A DNA stretch of 64,000 nt from a plasmid, in sequence record CP132210.1. One strand, 5' to 3'. Numbering within the stretch: position 1 is the first letter of the stretch; each line of letters starts with the position of its first letter. A program made the position numbers and the translations under genes. The notes under the pieces were generated by a model. It had not been told where the DNA came from. It worked only from the letters and a program-made list of their open reading frames with translations, and ran no database searches. Shown here piece by piece: positions 44,690 to 53,956 of the stretch.

Positions 44690-45526
44690 CTAGTATGACG
44701 TCTGTCGCACCTGCTTGATCGCGGCCGCGATAGCTAGATCGCGTTGCTCCTCTTCTCCATCCGCGTTCCAAGCTGCGGAAAGGCACCCATAAGCGTACGC
44801 CTGGTCGAGCAGGCGACGCGGATCGACGTCCAGCGCACGAGAGAATGCGTCCGCCATCTGTGCAATGCGTCTAGGATCGAGACAAAGGTCGTCTCTGTCA
44901 GCCGGATCGTAGAACATATTGGCGGCGCCAAAGCCCACTTCACCGACCAGACCGACGGGATCTATCACCAGCCAGCCGCGACTGGAGAACATGATGTTTT
45001 CATGATGCAGATCGCCATGTAGCCCACGCAGTTCCGAGGCATTGCTCATCATTTGATCGGCTATAATCGCCGCGTGGACGTAGTCAGTTTGACAACCTGC
45101 GTTTTGATCATCGCGCGCCCGCTGAAACAAAGCTGCAAAGCGATCCCGGATCGGGAGAAGGGCAGAAGGCAGGGGTTCCTCAGATGCGGCATACAGCTTC
45201 GCCATTAGTTCCGCTGCAATTTCGGTCGCCTGGTAGTCGCCGTGCTCGGCAACGATGTGAGAGAGCATTCGCTCCCCGGCATATTCGAGCAACATCAGAT
45301 TGTTCTCACGACCGAGCAACCGGACTGCTCCCCTCCCATTGCGCCATACCAGATAGTCGGCCCCGCGCAGTTCATCAGCAATGTCTTTTATAGGTTTCAA
45401 TCCCTTGACGATTGCAGGAGTCCCGTCTGGCAATGAAACTTTCCAAACGAGGCTGGAAAAGGTGTCCGCAATGAGAACAGGTTGCGAAACGTGCCAATGA
45501 GCAGGAAAAACAGGCGGCATGAACAT
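44690..45526 (-). CDS. strB: streptomycin phosphotransferase APH(6)-Id (StrB)
   Basis: MFMPPVFPAHWHVSQPVLIADTFSSLVWKVSLPDGTPAIVKGLKPI... Confidence 0.9.
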   Translation of the reverse strand: MFMPPVFPAHWHVSQPVLIADTFSSLVWKVSLPDGTPAIVKGLKPIKDIADELRGADYLVWRNGRGAVRLLGRENNLMLLEYAGERMLSHIVAEHGDYQATEIAAELMAKLYAASEEPLPSALLPIRDRFAALFQRARDDQNAGCQTDYVHAAIIADQMMSNASELRGLHGDLHHENIMFSSRGWLVIDPVGLVGEVGFGAANMFYDPADRDDLCLDPRRIAQMADAFSRALDVDPRRLLDQAYAYGCLSAAWNADGEEEQRDLAIAAAIKQVRQTSY

Positions 45527-46329
45527 CAACCCCAAGTCAGAGGGTCCAATCGCAGATAGAAGGCAAGGCGTTCGCGGTCGGGGGCTTCGATCCCCAATAC
45601 ATTGAATAGGACAGCGAAGGCGCGCTCTGCTTCATCTGGCGCTGCCCAGTTCTCTTCGGCGTTAGCAATCATGAGTGCCAAATCGGCATAGCGATCTGCT
45701 GTTCCGAGCCGCCCAAGGTCGATCAGACCCGTGCATTGAAGAGTTTTAGGGTCCACCATGAAGTTCGGCATGCAGGGATCACCATGGCAAACAACCATAT
45801 CGGTGCGCTCTTGGTCGAGCCGCACCGGTAGCTCTCGTTCGACACGAGCCAAAAGATCGAGCTGCGGCGTACTCTTGTCCTCGTCCGGTAAGAAGTCGGG
45901 ATTGACGGCATTGCGGGACACCACATCAACGGCGCGTCCGAACATTCGCGACAGCCTGCGCTCAAACGGACATTGATCAACCGATAGGCTGTGAACAGCG
46001 CCAAGTTGCTGCCCCATTGACGGCCACGCTTTGAGCAAATCCGCTCCAGACAGATCAGCCGCCGGTACTCCCGGAATTGCCGTTATCACCAAGCATGCAC
46101 CCTCCTGTTCCTCCTGCCAGTTGATGACCTCGGGGCAAGCCACACCTCGACCTTTGAGCCAAATGAGGCGGTCACGCTCTCCAGCGAGCTCACCGCGGCG
46201 GGAAGCAGGTGCGATTTTCGCGAAGGCATGCCCGTCACCACGTCGAAAAACAAAATCACCAGATTCTCCGCCTCTGACAGGCAACCAGTCAGAATGCGAT
46301 TCACCAAAAAAAATATTAGTTCGATTCAA
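45526..46329 (-). CDS. strA: streptomycin phosphotransferase APH(3'')-Ib (StrA)
   Basis: MNRTNIFFGESHSDWLPVRGGESGDFVFRRGDGHAFAKIAPASRRGELAGERDRLIWL... Confidence 0.9.
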   Translation of the reverse strand: MNRTNIFFGESHSDWLPVRGGESGDFVFRRGDGHAFAKIAPASRRGELAGERDRLIWLKGRGVACPEVINWQEEQEGACLVITAIPGVPAADLSGADLLKAWPSMGQQLGAVHSLSVDQCPFERRLSRMFGRAVDVVSRNAVNPDFLPDEDKSTPQLDLLARVERELPVRLDQERTDMVVCHGDPCMPNFMVDPKTLQCTGLIDLGRLGTADRYADLALMIANAEENWAAPDEAERAFAVLFNVLGIEAPDRERLAFYLRLDPLTWG

Positions 46330-46389
46330 TGGAGGTTCCTTCAGTTTTCTGATGAAGCGCGAATATAGAGAAATATCCCGAATGTGCAG

Positions 46390-47205
46390 TTAACGAATTC
46401 TTGCGGTTTCTTTCAGCGCCGCCAATACCGCCAGCCCGTCGCGCAAGGGGCGCGGCTCGTGTGTGCGGATGAAGTCAGCTCCACCTGCGGCGGCGGCAAG
46501 CTCTGCAGCGAGTGTCGCGGCCCCGACATCCCCCGGACCACGGCCTGTGAGCGCGCGCAGAAAGGATTTGCGCGAAACAGACAGAAGCACCGGCAAATCG
46601 AAGCGCAGCCGCAATTCATCGAACCGCGCCAGCACCGAGAGCGAGGTTTCGGGAGCAGCCCCCAGAAAAAACCCCATGCCGGGATCAAGGACAAGGCGGT
46701 TGCGTTTGATACCGGCACCCGTCAGCGCCGCGATGCGCGCGTCAAAGAACGCCGCAATGTGATCCATGATGTCGCCAGCGGGTGCCTCGCGCCGATCTGC
46801 CTGCCCGTCTTGCACCGAATGCATAACGACGAGTTTGGCAGATGATTTCGCCAATTGCGGATAGAACGCAGCGTCTGGAAAACCGCGAATATCATTGAGA
46901 TAGGCCACACCACGCGACAAGGCATAGGCTTGCGTCGCGGGTTGATAACTGTCGAGCGAGACGGGAATGCCATCTGCCTTGAGCGCGTCCAGCACCGGCG
47001 CGATACGCGCGATTTCTGTGTCGGACGAAACAGGCGCGGCGTCGGGATTGCTGGATGCCGGACCGAGGTCGATCACATCTGCCCCCTCGGCCATCAGCTT
47101 ACGCGCCTGCGCAATGGCTGCGTCTGGCGCCAGATACCGGCCTCCATCGGAGAAACTGTCCGAGGTTATGTTGACGATGCCGAAAATGATGAGCGATTTA
47201 TTCAT
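46390..47205 (-). CDS. sul2: sulfonamide-resistant dihydropteroate synthase Sul2
   Basis: MNKSLIIFGIVNITSDSFSDGGRYLAPDAAIAQARKLMAEGADVIDLGPASSNPDAAPV... Confidence 0.9.
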   Translation of the reverse strand: MNKSLIIFGIVNITSDSFSDGGRYLAPDAAIAQARKLMAEGADVIDLGPASSNPDAAPVSSDTEIARIAPVLDALKADGIPVSLDSYQPATQAYALSRGVAYLNDIRGFPDAAFYPQLAKSSAKLVVMHSVQDGQADRREAPAGDIMDHIAAFFDARIAALTGAGIKRNRLVLDPGMGFFLGAAPETSLSVLARFDELRLRFDLPVLLSVSRKSFLRALTGRGPGDVGAATLAAELAAAAGGADFIRTHEPRPLRDGLAVLAALKETARIR

Positions 47206-47534
47206 GGGGGCTTCTATAATAATAATAATCGAGCATGAGTCTCATACGGATGCTCGGGTCGAAAGGGAATCCCCAGGCGAGTAACCTGTTTGCGGTGCTC
47301 CATTAGCTGCAGGAGCAGAATAGCATACATCTGGAAGCAAAGCCAGGAAAGCGGCCTATGGAGCTGTGCGGCAGCGCTCAGTAGGCAATTTTTCAAAATA
47401 TTGTTAAGCCTTTTCTGAGCATGGTATTTTTCATGGTATTACCAATTAGCAGGAAAATAAGCCATTGAATATAAAAGATAAAAATGTCTTGTTTACAATA
47501 GAGTGGGTATCGGAGACGAAGAAGGACAAGGTAC

Positions 47535-47614
47535 ATGCTGACCGATACCAAGCTGCGCAATCTCAAGCCCAGGGACAAACTCTACAAAGTGAATGACCGG
47601 GAAGGTCTCTATGT
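47535..47614 (+). pseudogene. int: P4-type integrase N-terminal remnant (about 26 codons), cut by the Tn21 IR
   Basis: MLTDTKLRNLKPRDKLYKVNDREGLYV matches the conserved N-terminal arm of P4-family integrases. Confidence 0.45.
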
Positions 47615-47636
47615 GGGGGTCGCCTCAGAAAACGGA
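47615..47636. repeat. outer 22 bp of Tn21-type IRtnp (GGGGGTCGCCTCAGAAAACGGA). The inner 17 bp (AAATAAAGCACGCTAAG) lies at 48964-48980, after IS5075.
   Basis: Direct reading. IS5075 is inserted at the canonical position inside the IR. Confidence 0.8.
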
Positions 47637-48963
47637 ATCTATGGTCACTCCCGTTTTTGCAACACCGATTTTGACGACAAGTTGGCTTGCTTGAATCTAT
47701 CCGGCGTCTGAATGGGATTTTATTCCCGCGCCTCGATGAGTTCCGCGCCTGATGAACCTCCAGAAAATATACGGCTTCAATGAGCCTTTCCGTTTTACAG
47801 GTTCCTCAACAGGCCGGTGGGCCGTTAGTATCATCAATATCAGTATTCGCAAAACCAGATGAATGATTGTTTAAACTGGTGTATTTCTGCCTTTATGCTT
47901 CGTAAGTTTGCTGTCGCGCCGTCAGTGCCCAGGCTATTCTGGCCAGCTTGTTTGCCAGAGCACAGGTGACGACAAAGTTGCTTTTCCGACACAACAACTC
48001 CCTGACCCAGTCGGCCAACTTGCCAGACTGGTGTTCCAGTTTTTGTATGAATACCCTGGCACACTGAACCAACAAAGTTCGGATCTTTTTGTTGCCCCGC
48101 TTGCTAATCCCTAACAATGTCGTCCGACCTCCCGTGCTGTACTGTCGGGGTACCAGCCCTGTTGCCGCCGCAAAGTCACGGCTGCTGGCGTACTGCTTCC
48201 CGTCGCCAATCTCAGTTGAAATAGTACTGGCAGTCAGCGTTCCAACGCAGGGAATACTCAGCAAGCGCTGTCCAACCTCATCTTCGTCCAACTTTCGTTT
48301 CAACTGAGATTCCAGATCTTTAATCTGCTCAACAAGATAGTGATAATGCTGTTGTAATTTCAGCAGTAACTGGCTGAGATAAAGAGGCAAACTACTGTCC
48401 TCAAGAAGGGTACTCAGTCGACTAATAACGGCAGCACCTCGCGGAACGCTGATACCAAATTCCAGCAGAAAAGCATGCATCTGATTAGTTGTTTTCACCT
48501 TATCCTGAACCAGGGATTCACGGACACGATGCAGAGCTCGCATTGCCTGCTGAGATTCGGTTCTGGGCTGCACGAAACGCATAGATGGACGTGATGCTGC
48601 TTCACAGATAGCTTCAGCATCAACGAAGTCATTTTTGTTGCTTTTAACGAATGGGCGGACAAATTGCGGTGATATCAGCTTTGGAAAATGCCCTAACTCT
48701 TCCAGCTTGCGTGCCATAAAGTGAGAACCGCCACAGGCTTCCATCGCGATGGTTGTTGCCGGGCATGTCGCCAGAAATTCGATTAGCTTTGGTCGGGTGA
48801 ATTTTTTACGGTAAACGGCCTTCCCACGATGATCCTGACAATGAATATGGAAAGAGTTCTTACCCAGATCGATACCAATAAGCGCAATGTTTTCCATGAT
48901 GGTTCTCCGAATGAAAGCCTGTCCTCAGCATAGTACTGGGAAGGAGGGAGTGACCATCTCATT
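47637..48963 (-). mobile_element. IS5075/IS4321-type IS110-family element, intact, 1327 bp. Transposase at 47893-48897, 334 aa.
   Basis: MENIALIGIDLGKNSFHIHCQDHRGKAVYRKKFTRPKLIEF... The ends ATCTATGGTCAC... and ...GGGAGTGACCATCTCATT are embedded in the Tn21 IR. Confidence 0.85.
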
Positions 48964-48975
48964 AAATAAAGCACG

Positions 48976-50741
48976 CTAAGCCGGTTGCAGCGGTCGTAGC
49001 GGCCTGAACTTGCCCGCGCCGATCTTGGCGCTGCTGCGCCAGAGGTAATCGCCGGTGAGGTTGATGTGCTCCCAACCGAGCGGCGACAGGTACTGCAACA
49101 GCGCGTCATCAACGGCATGGCCGTTGCCACGCAGCGCGTGCGCAGCCCGTTCCAGATAGACCGTGTTCCACAACACGACGGCAGCCGTTACCAGATTGAG
49201 GCCGCTAGCCCGGTAGCGCTGCTGCTCGAAACTGCGGTCGCGGATTTCACCCAGGCGGTTGAAAAACACTGCCCTGGCCAGCGCATTGCGCGCCTCGCCC
49301 TTGTTCAGGCCGGCATGCACGCGGCGGCGCAGTTCCACGCTTTGCAGCCAGTCCAGGATGAACAGCGTGCGCTCGATGCGGCCCAGCTCGCGGAGCGCCA
49401 CGGCCAGGCCGTTCTGGCGTGGGTAGCTGCCGAGCTTTCGGAGCATCAGGGAGGCCGTCACCGTGCCCTGCTTGATCGAGGTGGCCAGCCGCAGGATTTC
49501 GTCCCAATGGGCGCGGACGTGCTTGATGTTGAGCGTGCCGCCGATCATGGGTTTCAGCGCGTCATAGGCGGCGTCGCCCTTCGGGATGTAGAGCTTGGTG
49601 TCGCCCAGGTCGCGGATGCGCGGCGCGAAGCGGAAGCCCAGGAGGTGCATCAGGGCGAAGACGTGATCGGTGAAGCCCGCCGTGTCGGTGTAATGCTCCT
49701 CGATCCGCAAGTCGGACTCGTGGTACAGCAGGCCGTCGAGCACGTAGGTCGAATCGCGCACGCCGACGTTCACGACCTTGGTGTGAAATGGCGCGTACTG
49801 GTCAGAAATGTGGGTGTAGAACGTCCGCCCTGGGCTGCTCCCGTATTTCGGGTTGATGTGGCCGGTGCTCTCGGCCTTGCTGCCGGTGCGGAAGTTCTGG
49901 CCGTCCGACGATGAGGTGGTGCCGTCGCCCCAGTGCTCGGCGAAGGGATGGCGGAACTGTGCGTTGACCAGATCGGCCAGCGCCGCCCCGTAGGTTTCGT
50001 CGCGGATGTGCCAGGCTTGCAGCCAAGCCAGCTTGGCGTAGGTCGTGCCGGGGCAAGACTCCGCCATCTTGGTCAGGCCCAGGTTGATCGCGTCGGCGAG
50101 GATCGTGGTCAGCAACAGGTTCTTGTCTTTGGCCGGGTCGCCCGATTTCAGATGCGCGAAATGCCGAGTGAAGCCCGTCCATTCGTCCACCTCCAGCAGC
50201 AGTTCGGTGATCTTGACGTGCGGCAGGATCATTGCCGTCTGGTCGATCAGCGCTTGGGCGGTGTCGGGTACCGCCGCGTCGAGCGGCGTGATCTTCAAGC
50301 CTGACTCGGTGATGATGGCGTCCGGCAGCTCGTTGGCCGTCGCCATACGGTTGACGGTGGCAAGCTGTGTTTCCAGCAGCGTCAGCCGGTCGTTCAGGTA
50401 CCGGTTGCAGTCGGTGGCCACGGCCAGCGGCAATTCGCTGGCCTGCTTGAGGCTGGCGAATTTCGCGGGCGGCACCAGGTAGTCCTCGAAGTCCTTGAAC
50501 TGGCGCGACCCCTGCACCCAGATGTCGCCGGAACGCAACGCGTTCTTCATCTCCGACAGCGCGCACAGTTCGTAGTAGCGCCGGTCGATGCCGGTGTCGG
50601 TCATGACCAGCTTCTGCCAGCGCGGCTTGATGAACTCGGTCGGCGCGTCGGCGGGCACCTTGCGGGCGTTGTCGCTGTTCATGCCGCGCAGCACCTCGAT
50701 GGCGTCGAGCACGTCCTTCGCGGCGGGAGCGGCCCGCAGCT
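48976..50741 (-). pseudogene. tnpA: Tn21 transposase TnpA, C-terminal 589 codons. The N-terminus was removed by IS26.
   Basis: ...[46 protein letters not shown]... ends RPLRPLQPA at the IR. It is distinct from the Tn1721-type TnpA at 1497-4463. Confidence 0.85.
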
Positions 50742-51561
50742 GGCACTGTTGCAAAGTTAGCGATGAGGCAGCCTTTTGTCTTATTCAAAGGCCTTACATT
50801 TCAAAAACTCTGCTTACCAGGCGCATTTCGCCCAGGGGATCACCATAATAAAATGCTGAGGCCTGGCCTTTGCGTAGTGCACGCATCACCTCAATACCTT
50901 TGATGGTGGCGTAAGCCGTCTTCATGGATTTAAATCCCAGCGTGGCGCCGATTATCCGTTTCAGTTTGCCATGATCGCATTCAATCACGTTGTTCCGGTA
51001 CTTAATCTGTCGGTGTTCAACGTCAGACGGGCACCGGCCTTCGCGTTTGAGCAGAGCAAGCGCGCGACCATAGGCGGGCGCTTTATCCGTGTTGATGAAT
51101 CGCGGGATCTGCCACTTCTTCACGTTGTTGAGGATTTTACCCAGAAACCGGTATGCAGCTTTGCTGTTACGACGGGAGGAGAGATAAAAATCGACAGTGC
51201 GGCCCCGGCTGTCGACGGCCCGGTACAGATACGCCCAGCGGCCATTGACCTTCACGTAGGTTTCATCCATGTGCCACGGGCAAAGATCGGAAGGGTTACG
51301 CCAGTACCAGCGCAGCCGTTTTTCCATTTCAGGCGCATAACGCTGAACCCAGCGGTAAATCGTGGAGTGATCGACATTCACTCCGCGTTCAGCCAGCATC
51401 TCCTGCAGCTCACGGTAACTGATGCCGTATTTGCAGTACCAGCGTACGGCCCACAGAATGATGTCACGCTGAAAATGCCGGCCTTTGAATGGGTTCATGT
51501 GCAGCTCCATCAGCAAAAGGGGATGATAAGTTTATCACCACCGACTATTTGCAACAGTGCC
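50742..51561 (-). mobile_element. tnp26: IS26 copy 5. tnp26 at about 50794-51498.
   Basis: IRs at 50742-50755 and 51548-51561. No TSD. Confidence 0.95.
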
Positions 51562-52061
51562 CAGTCCACGCCTCAGAACTTGTGGGCTCGCTTTTAAAAA
51601 GTTCCCGTCCGTCAGGGCTGGCGCAGGCGATTATGGAGGTGGGACGGGTCAACAAGACGCTGTACCTCCTCAACTACATTGATGATGAAGAATATCGTCG
51701 CAGGATACTGACTCAGCTTAACCGGGGAGAAGGCCGTCACGCCGTGGCAAGGGCGATCTGTTACGGCCAACGTGGTGAGATTAGAAAACGTTACCGTGAG
51801 GGGCAGGAGGATCAACTGGGTGCGCTGGGGCTTGTCACTAACGCAGTTGTATTGTGGAACACGCTTTATATGCAGGAAGCGCTATCACATTTGCGCAGCG
51901 CTGGTGAGATCCCGGAAGACGAGCATATCTCACGCCTGTCGCCACTGATGTACGGTCATATCAACATGCTGGGACATTATACGTTCACGCTGCCGGAAAA
52001 TATTCTGAAGGGAGAGTTGAGGCCATTAAATTTCAATTCAAACAATGAATTATTGCCTTAA
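51562..52061 (+). pseudogene. tnpA: C-terminal 166 codons of the TnpA of the 14.3-kb Tn3-family transposon. The rest was removed by IS26.
   Basis: ...LNYIDDEEYRRRILTQLNRGEGRHAVARAICYGQRGEIRKRYREGQEDQLGALGLVTNAVVLWNT... Its stop lies inside the 38-bp IR. Confidence 0.7.
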
Positions 52062-52094
52062 CGTGGTTTTTTACACGATTGAACCTCGAACCCC

Positions 52095-52146
52095 AGATAC
52101 GAGAAAATTCTACTTATGAGCACCTCAGTTTTTCGGGGGGATTACC
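52095..52146. repeat. second terminus (IR) of the IS3-family element. It is separated from the element's body by the 14.3-kb transposon.
   Basis: TACTTATGAGCACCTCAGTTTTTCGGGGGGATTACC is an imperfect inverted copy of the 36657-36692 end. It is followed by the CAA TSD. Confidence 0.65.
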
Positions 52147-52576
52147 CAATGTGCCAGGGTATTCATACAAAAACTGGAACACCAGTCTGGAAAATTGGCC
52201 GATTGGGTCAGGGATTTACTGTGCCGGAAAAGCAACTTTGTCGTCACTTGTGCTCTGGCAAACAAGCTGGCCAGAATAGCCTGGGCCCTAACGGCACGAC
52301 AGCAAACTTATGTAGCATAACGGCAGAAATACACCGGTTTAAAGAATTACTGATCTGGTTTTGCGAATACTGATATTGATGATACTAACGGCCCACCGGC
52401 CTGTTGAGGAACCTGTAAAACGGAAAGGCTCATTGAAGCCGTATATTTTCTGGAGGTTCATCAGGCGCGGAACTCATCAAGGCGCGGGAATAAAATCCCA
52501 TTCAGACGCCGGATAGATTCAAGCAAGCCAACTTGTCGTCAAAATCGGTGTTGCAAAAACGGGAGTGACCATAGAT
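52147..52576 (+). mobile_element. 3' 430 bp of the IS5075-type element whose 5' part is at 35757-36656
   Basis: Starts CAATGTGCCAGGGTATTCATAC and ends ...GGGAGTGACCATAGAT, matching the intact copy. It is followed by the outer 22 bp of a Tn21-type IR at 52577-52598. Confidence 0.8.
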
Positions 52577-52598
52577 TCCGTTTTCTGAGGTGACCCCC
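52577..52598. repeat. outer 22 bp of the right IR of the mini Tn3-family element (reverse complement GGGGGTCACCTCAGAAAACGGA)
   Basis: Pairs with the inner 17 bp at 35740-35756 across the nested IS. Followed by the TSD AAGAG. Confidence 0.7.
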
Positions 52599-52654
52599 AA
52601 GAGGACGAAGGGCTTTGTTCCACACAAACAATTCCAATCGACTACCGCATAATA

Positions 52655-52700
52655 TAGAATTACGGTAATTACCGTATTACGATAATTACCATAAACATTA
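52655..52700. promoter_or_regulatory. kfrA promoter/operator region with the perfect palindrome ACGGTAATTACCGT and repeated TAATTACC half-sites
   Basis: ATTACGGTAATTACCGTATTACGATAATTACCATAA, 25-65 bp upstream of the kfrA start. Confidence 0.5.
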
Positions 52701-52721
52701 CAGTTTAAAAGGAATGCGCTC

Positions 52722-53678
52722 ATGGCTAGAAAATTAGTTGAGTTTAACGATGTAGCGGCAGCAGCCCAAAAGCTCAAGGACGCCGGTAAACGCCCCACTG
52801 TCATCGCAATCAGGGACCTCCTTGGTAAGGGGAGCTTCACCACCATTTCGACATACCTCAAGCAGTGGTCAGAGGAACACTCTCTCGATGAAGAGCCGGT
52901 TGAGGTTGTCCTGCCAGAATCAGTTATGAGCGATGCAGAGCTATTCCTGCGGAAGATCTACACGGTAGCGAAAACAAGCGCCGATGAGCAGCTTGAGCGC
53001 GAGCGTGAACAGCTACGACAGAGAGAGCTTGAGTACCAGGAAGACATGCAGCAAGCCGTGGACATGGCAAATGATGCCACCGAACGGGCTGAACTACTGG
53101 AAGAGCAGCTTGAATCTCTCACCAACAAAAAAACAGAGCTCGATGCAGCCCTTGGTAAGGCAGAAAACTCGCTATCCCTCAAGTCTGCTGAGCTGGCCCG
53201 AGCACAGGATCGCTTGGAGCAGGCTGAAAGTGAAAATCGCTCTTTGAGCCAAAAATTGGCAACTACAGAGGGTGAGTTGGCATTGCAAAAAGGCAAGAGT
53301 ATAGAGCAGACAGAAAAGCTCCGGGCAGCTCAGGAACAAAGTACATCCCTAAAAGAACAGCTCGAAAATGCACAGGCCAAACTGGCCCAATCACAGGACT
53401 CCCTTGCCACGGCCAAAGCTCATGGCGAATCTGCTGAACGAGAGTGCCAGCGCCTATCTGGAGAGGTAGAAAAGCTGGAAACCAAACTGTCCAGCGCCGA
53501 AGCAGAAGCTCGCTCTCTTGTTCAAGACAAAGGCATGATCGCTGGTCAGTTGCAGGAAAAAGACCAGCAGGCCAAGAGCCTCGAACAAAGACTGACTGAT
53601 GCGCTGACCAAAATTTCTGGGTTGGAGCAAGAGCGAATTAAAGCTGGTGGGGGAGAGAAAAAGAAAGAGGAAAACTGA
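52722..53678 (+). CDS. kfrA: KfrA-like plasmid protein (N-terminal winged-HTH DNA-binding domain plus long Ala/Glu/Gln-rich coiled coil), 318 aa
   Basis: MARKLVEFNDVAAAAQKLKDAGKRPTVIAIRDLLGKGSFTTISTYLKQW, followed by heptad-rich LEQ/AEA repeats. Confidence 0.7.
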   Translation: MARKLVEFNDVAAAAQKLKDAGKRPTVIAIRDLLGKGSFTTISTYLKQWSEEHSLDEEPVEVVLPESVMSDAELFLRKIYTVAKTSADEQLEREREQLRQRELEYQEDMQQAVDMANDATERAELLEEQLESLTNKKTELDAALGKAENSLSLKSAELARAQDRLEQAESENRSLSQKLATTEGELALQKGKSIEQTEKLRAAQEQSTSLKEQLENAQAKLAQSQDSLATAKAHGESAERECQRLSGEVEKLETKLSSAEAEARSLVQDKGMIAGQLQEKDQQAKSLEQRLTDALTKISGLEQERIKAGGGEKKKEEN

Positions 53679-53956
53679 TGGCAAGAAAGGCTAAGTATTC
53701 AGAGGAATGGCGAAGCAGAGCTGCGGCTCTTCAAACCGAGATTGAGGAGGCTATGACACTAGCCACCTCATCTATTGGTGACTATAGCTGGTTACACCGC
53801 CTTCATAGCTGGGTTATGGAGGTGGCTCAAGGTAAAGCCCCGGACTGGTGGACAGACTTGGATTGTGAAGTATCCCTTCCCCGAGAAGAGAAGCGTGTCA
53901 GCACGTTCCTTTCGACACAAAAGAAGCGCATCACACTCCAGATGTGCTTGTCGTAG
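53678..53956 (+). CDS. hypothetical protein, 92 aa, translationally coupled between kfrA and the helicase gene
   Basis: ATGA overlap with the kfrA stop. Its end overlaps the helicase start. Confidence 0.4.
   Translation: MARKAKYSEEWRSRAAALQTEIEEAMTLATSSIGDYSWLHRLHSWVMEVAQGKAPDWWTDLDCEVSLPREEKRVSTFLSTQKKRITLQMCLS

Larger units (their letters stand above)
37809..52094. mobile_element. 14.3-kb Tn3-family transposon with 38-bp IRs GGGGTCTGAGGTCCAACCATGCGAAAAACCACGTTAAG and GGGGTTCGAGGTTCAATCGTGTAAAAAACCACGTTAAG, and 5-bp TSD AGATA. Its interior is rearranged by IS26 and carries qnrS1, strAB, sul2 and Tn21 fragments.
   Basis: IRs at 37809-37846 and 52057-52094 (reverse complement). The tnpA C-terminal fragment ends inside the right IR. 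Confidence 0.7.
35491..52598. mobile_element. nested insertion complex. A Tn3-family IR-only mini-element (about 292 bp of its own sequence, TSD AAGAG) carries in its right IR an IS5075/IS4321-type IS. That IS carries an IS3-family IS (TSD CAA), which in turn carries a 14.3-kb Tn3-family transposon (TSD AGATA).
   Basis: AAGAG at 35486-35490 and 52599-52603. The IS5075 halves at 35757-36656 and 52147-52576 sum to 1327 bp. CAA at 36654-36656 and 52147-52149. AGATA at 37804-37808 and 52095-52099. Confidence 0.7.

Noticed and set aside
52116-52373. 85-aa ORF (and the matching 47840-48064 ORF) inside IS5075 sequence
   Set aside because: They lie on the strand opposite the 334-aa transposase within the IS. 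This is probably a conserved but non-coding frame, and there is no evidence for a second IS gene.
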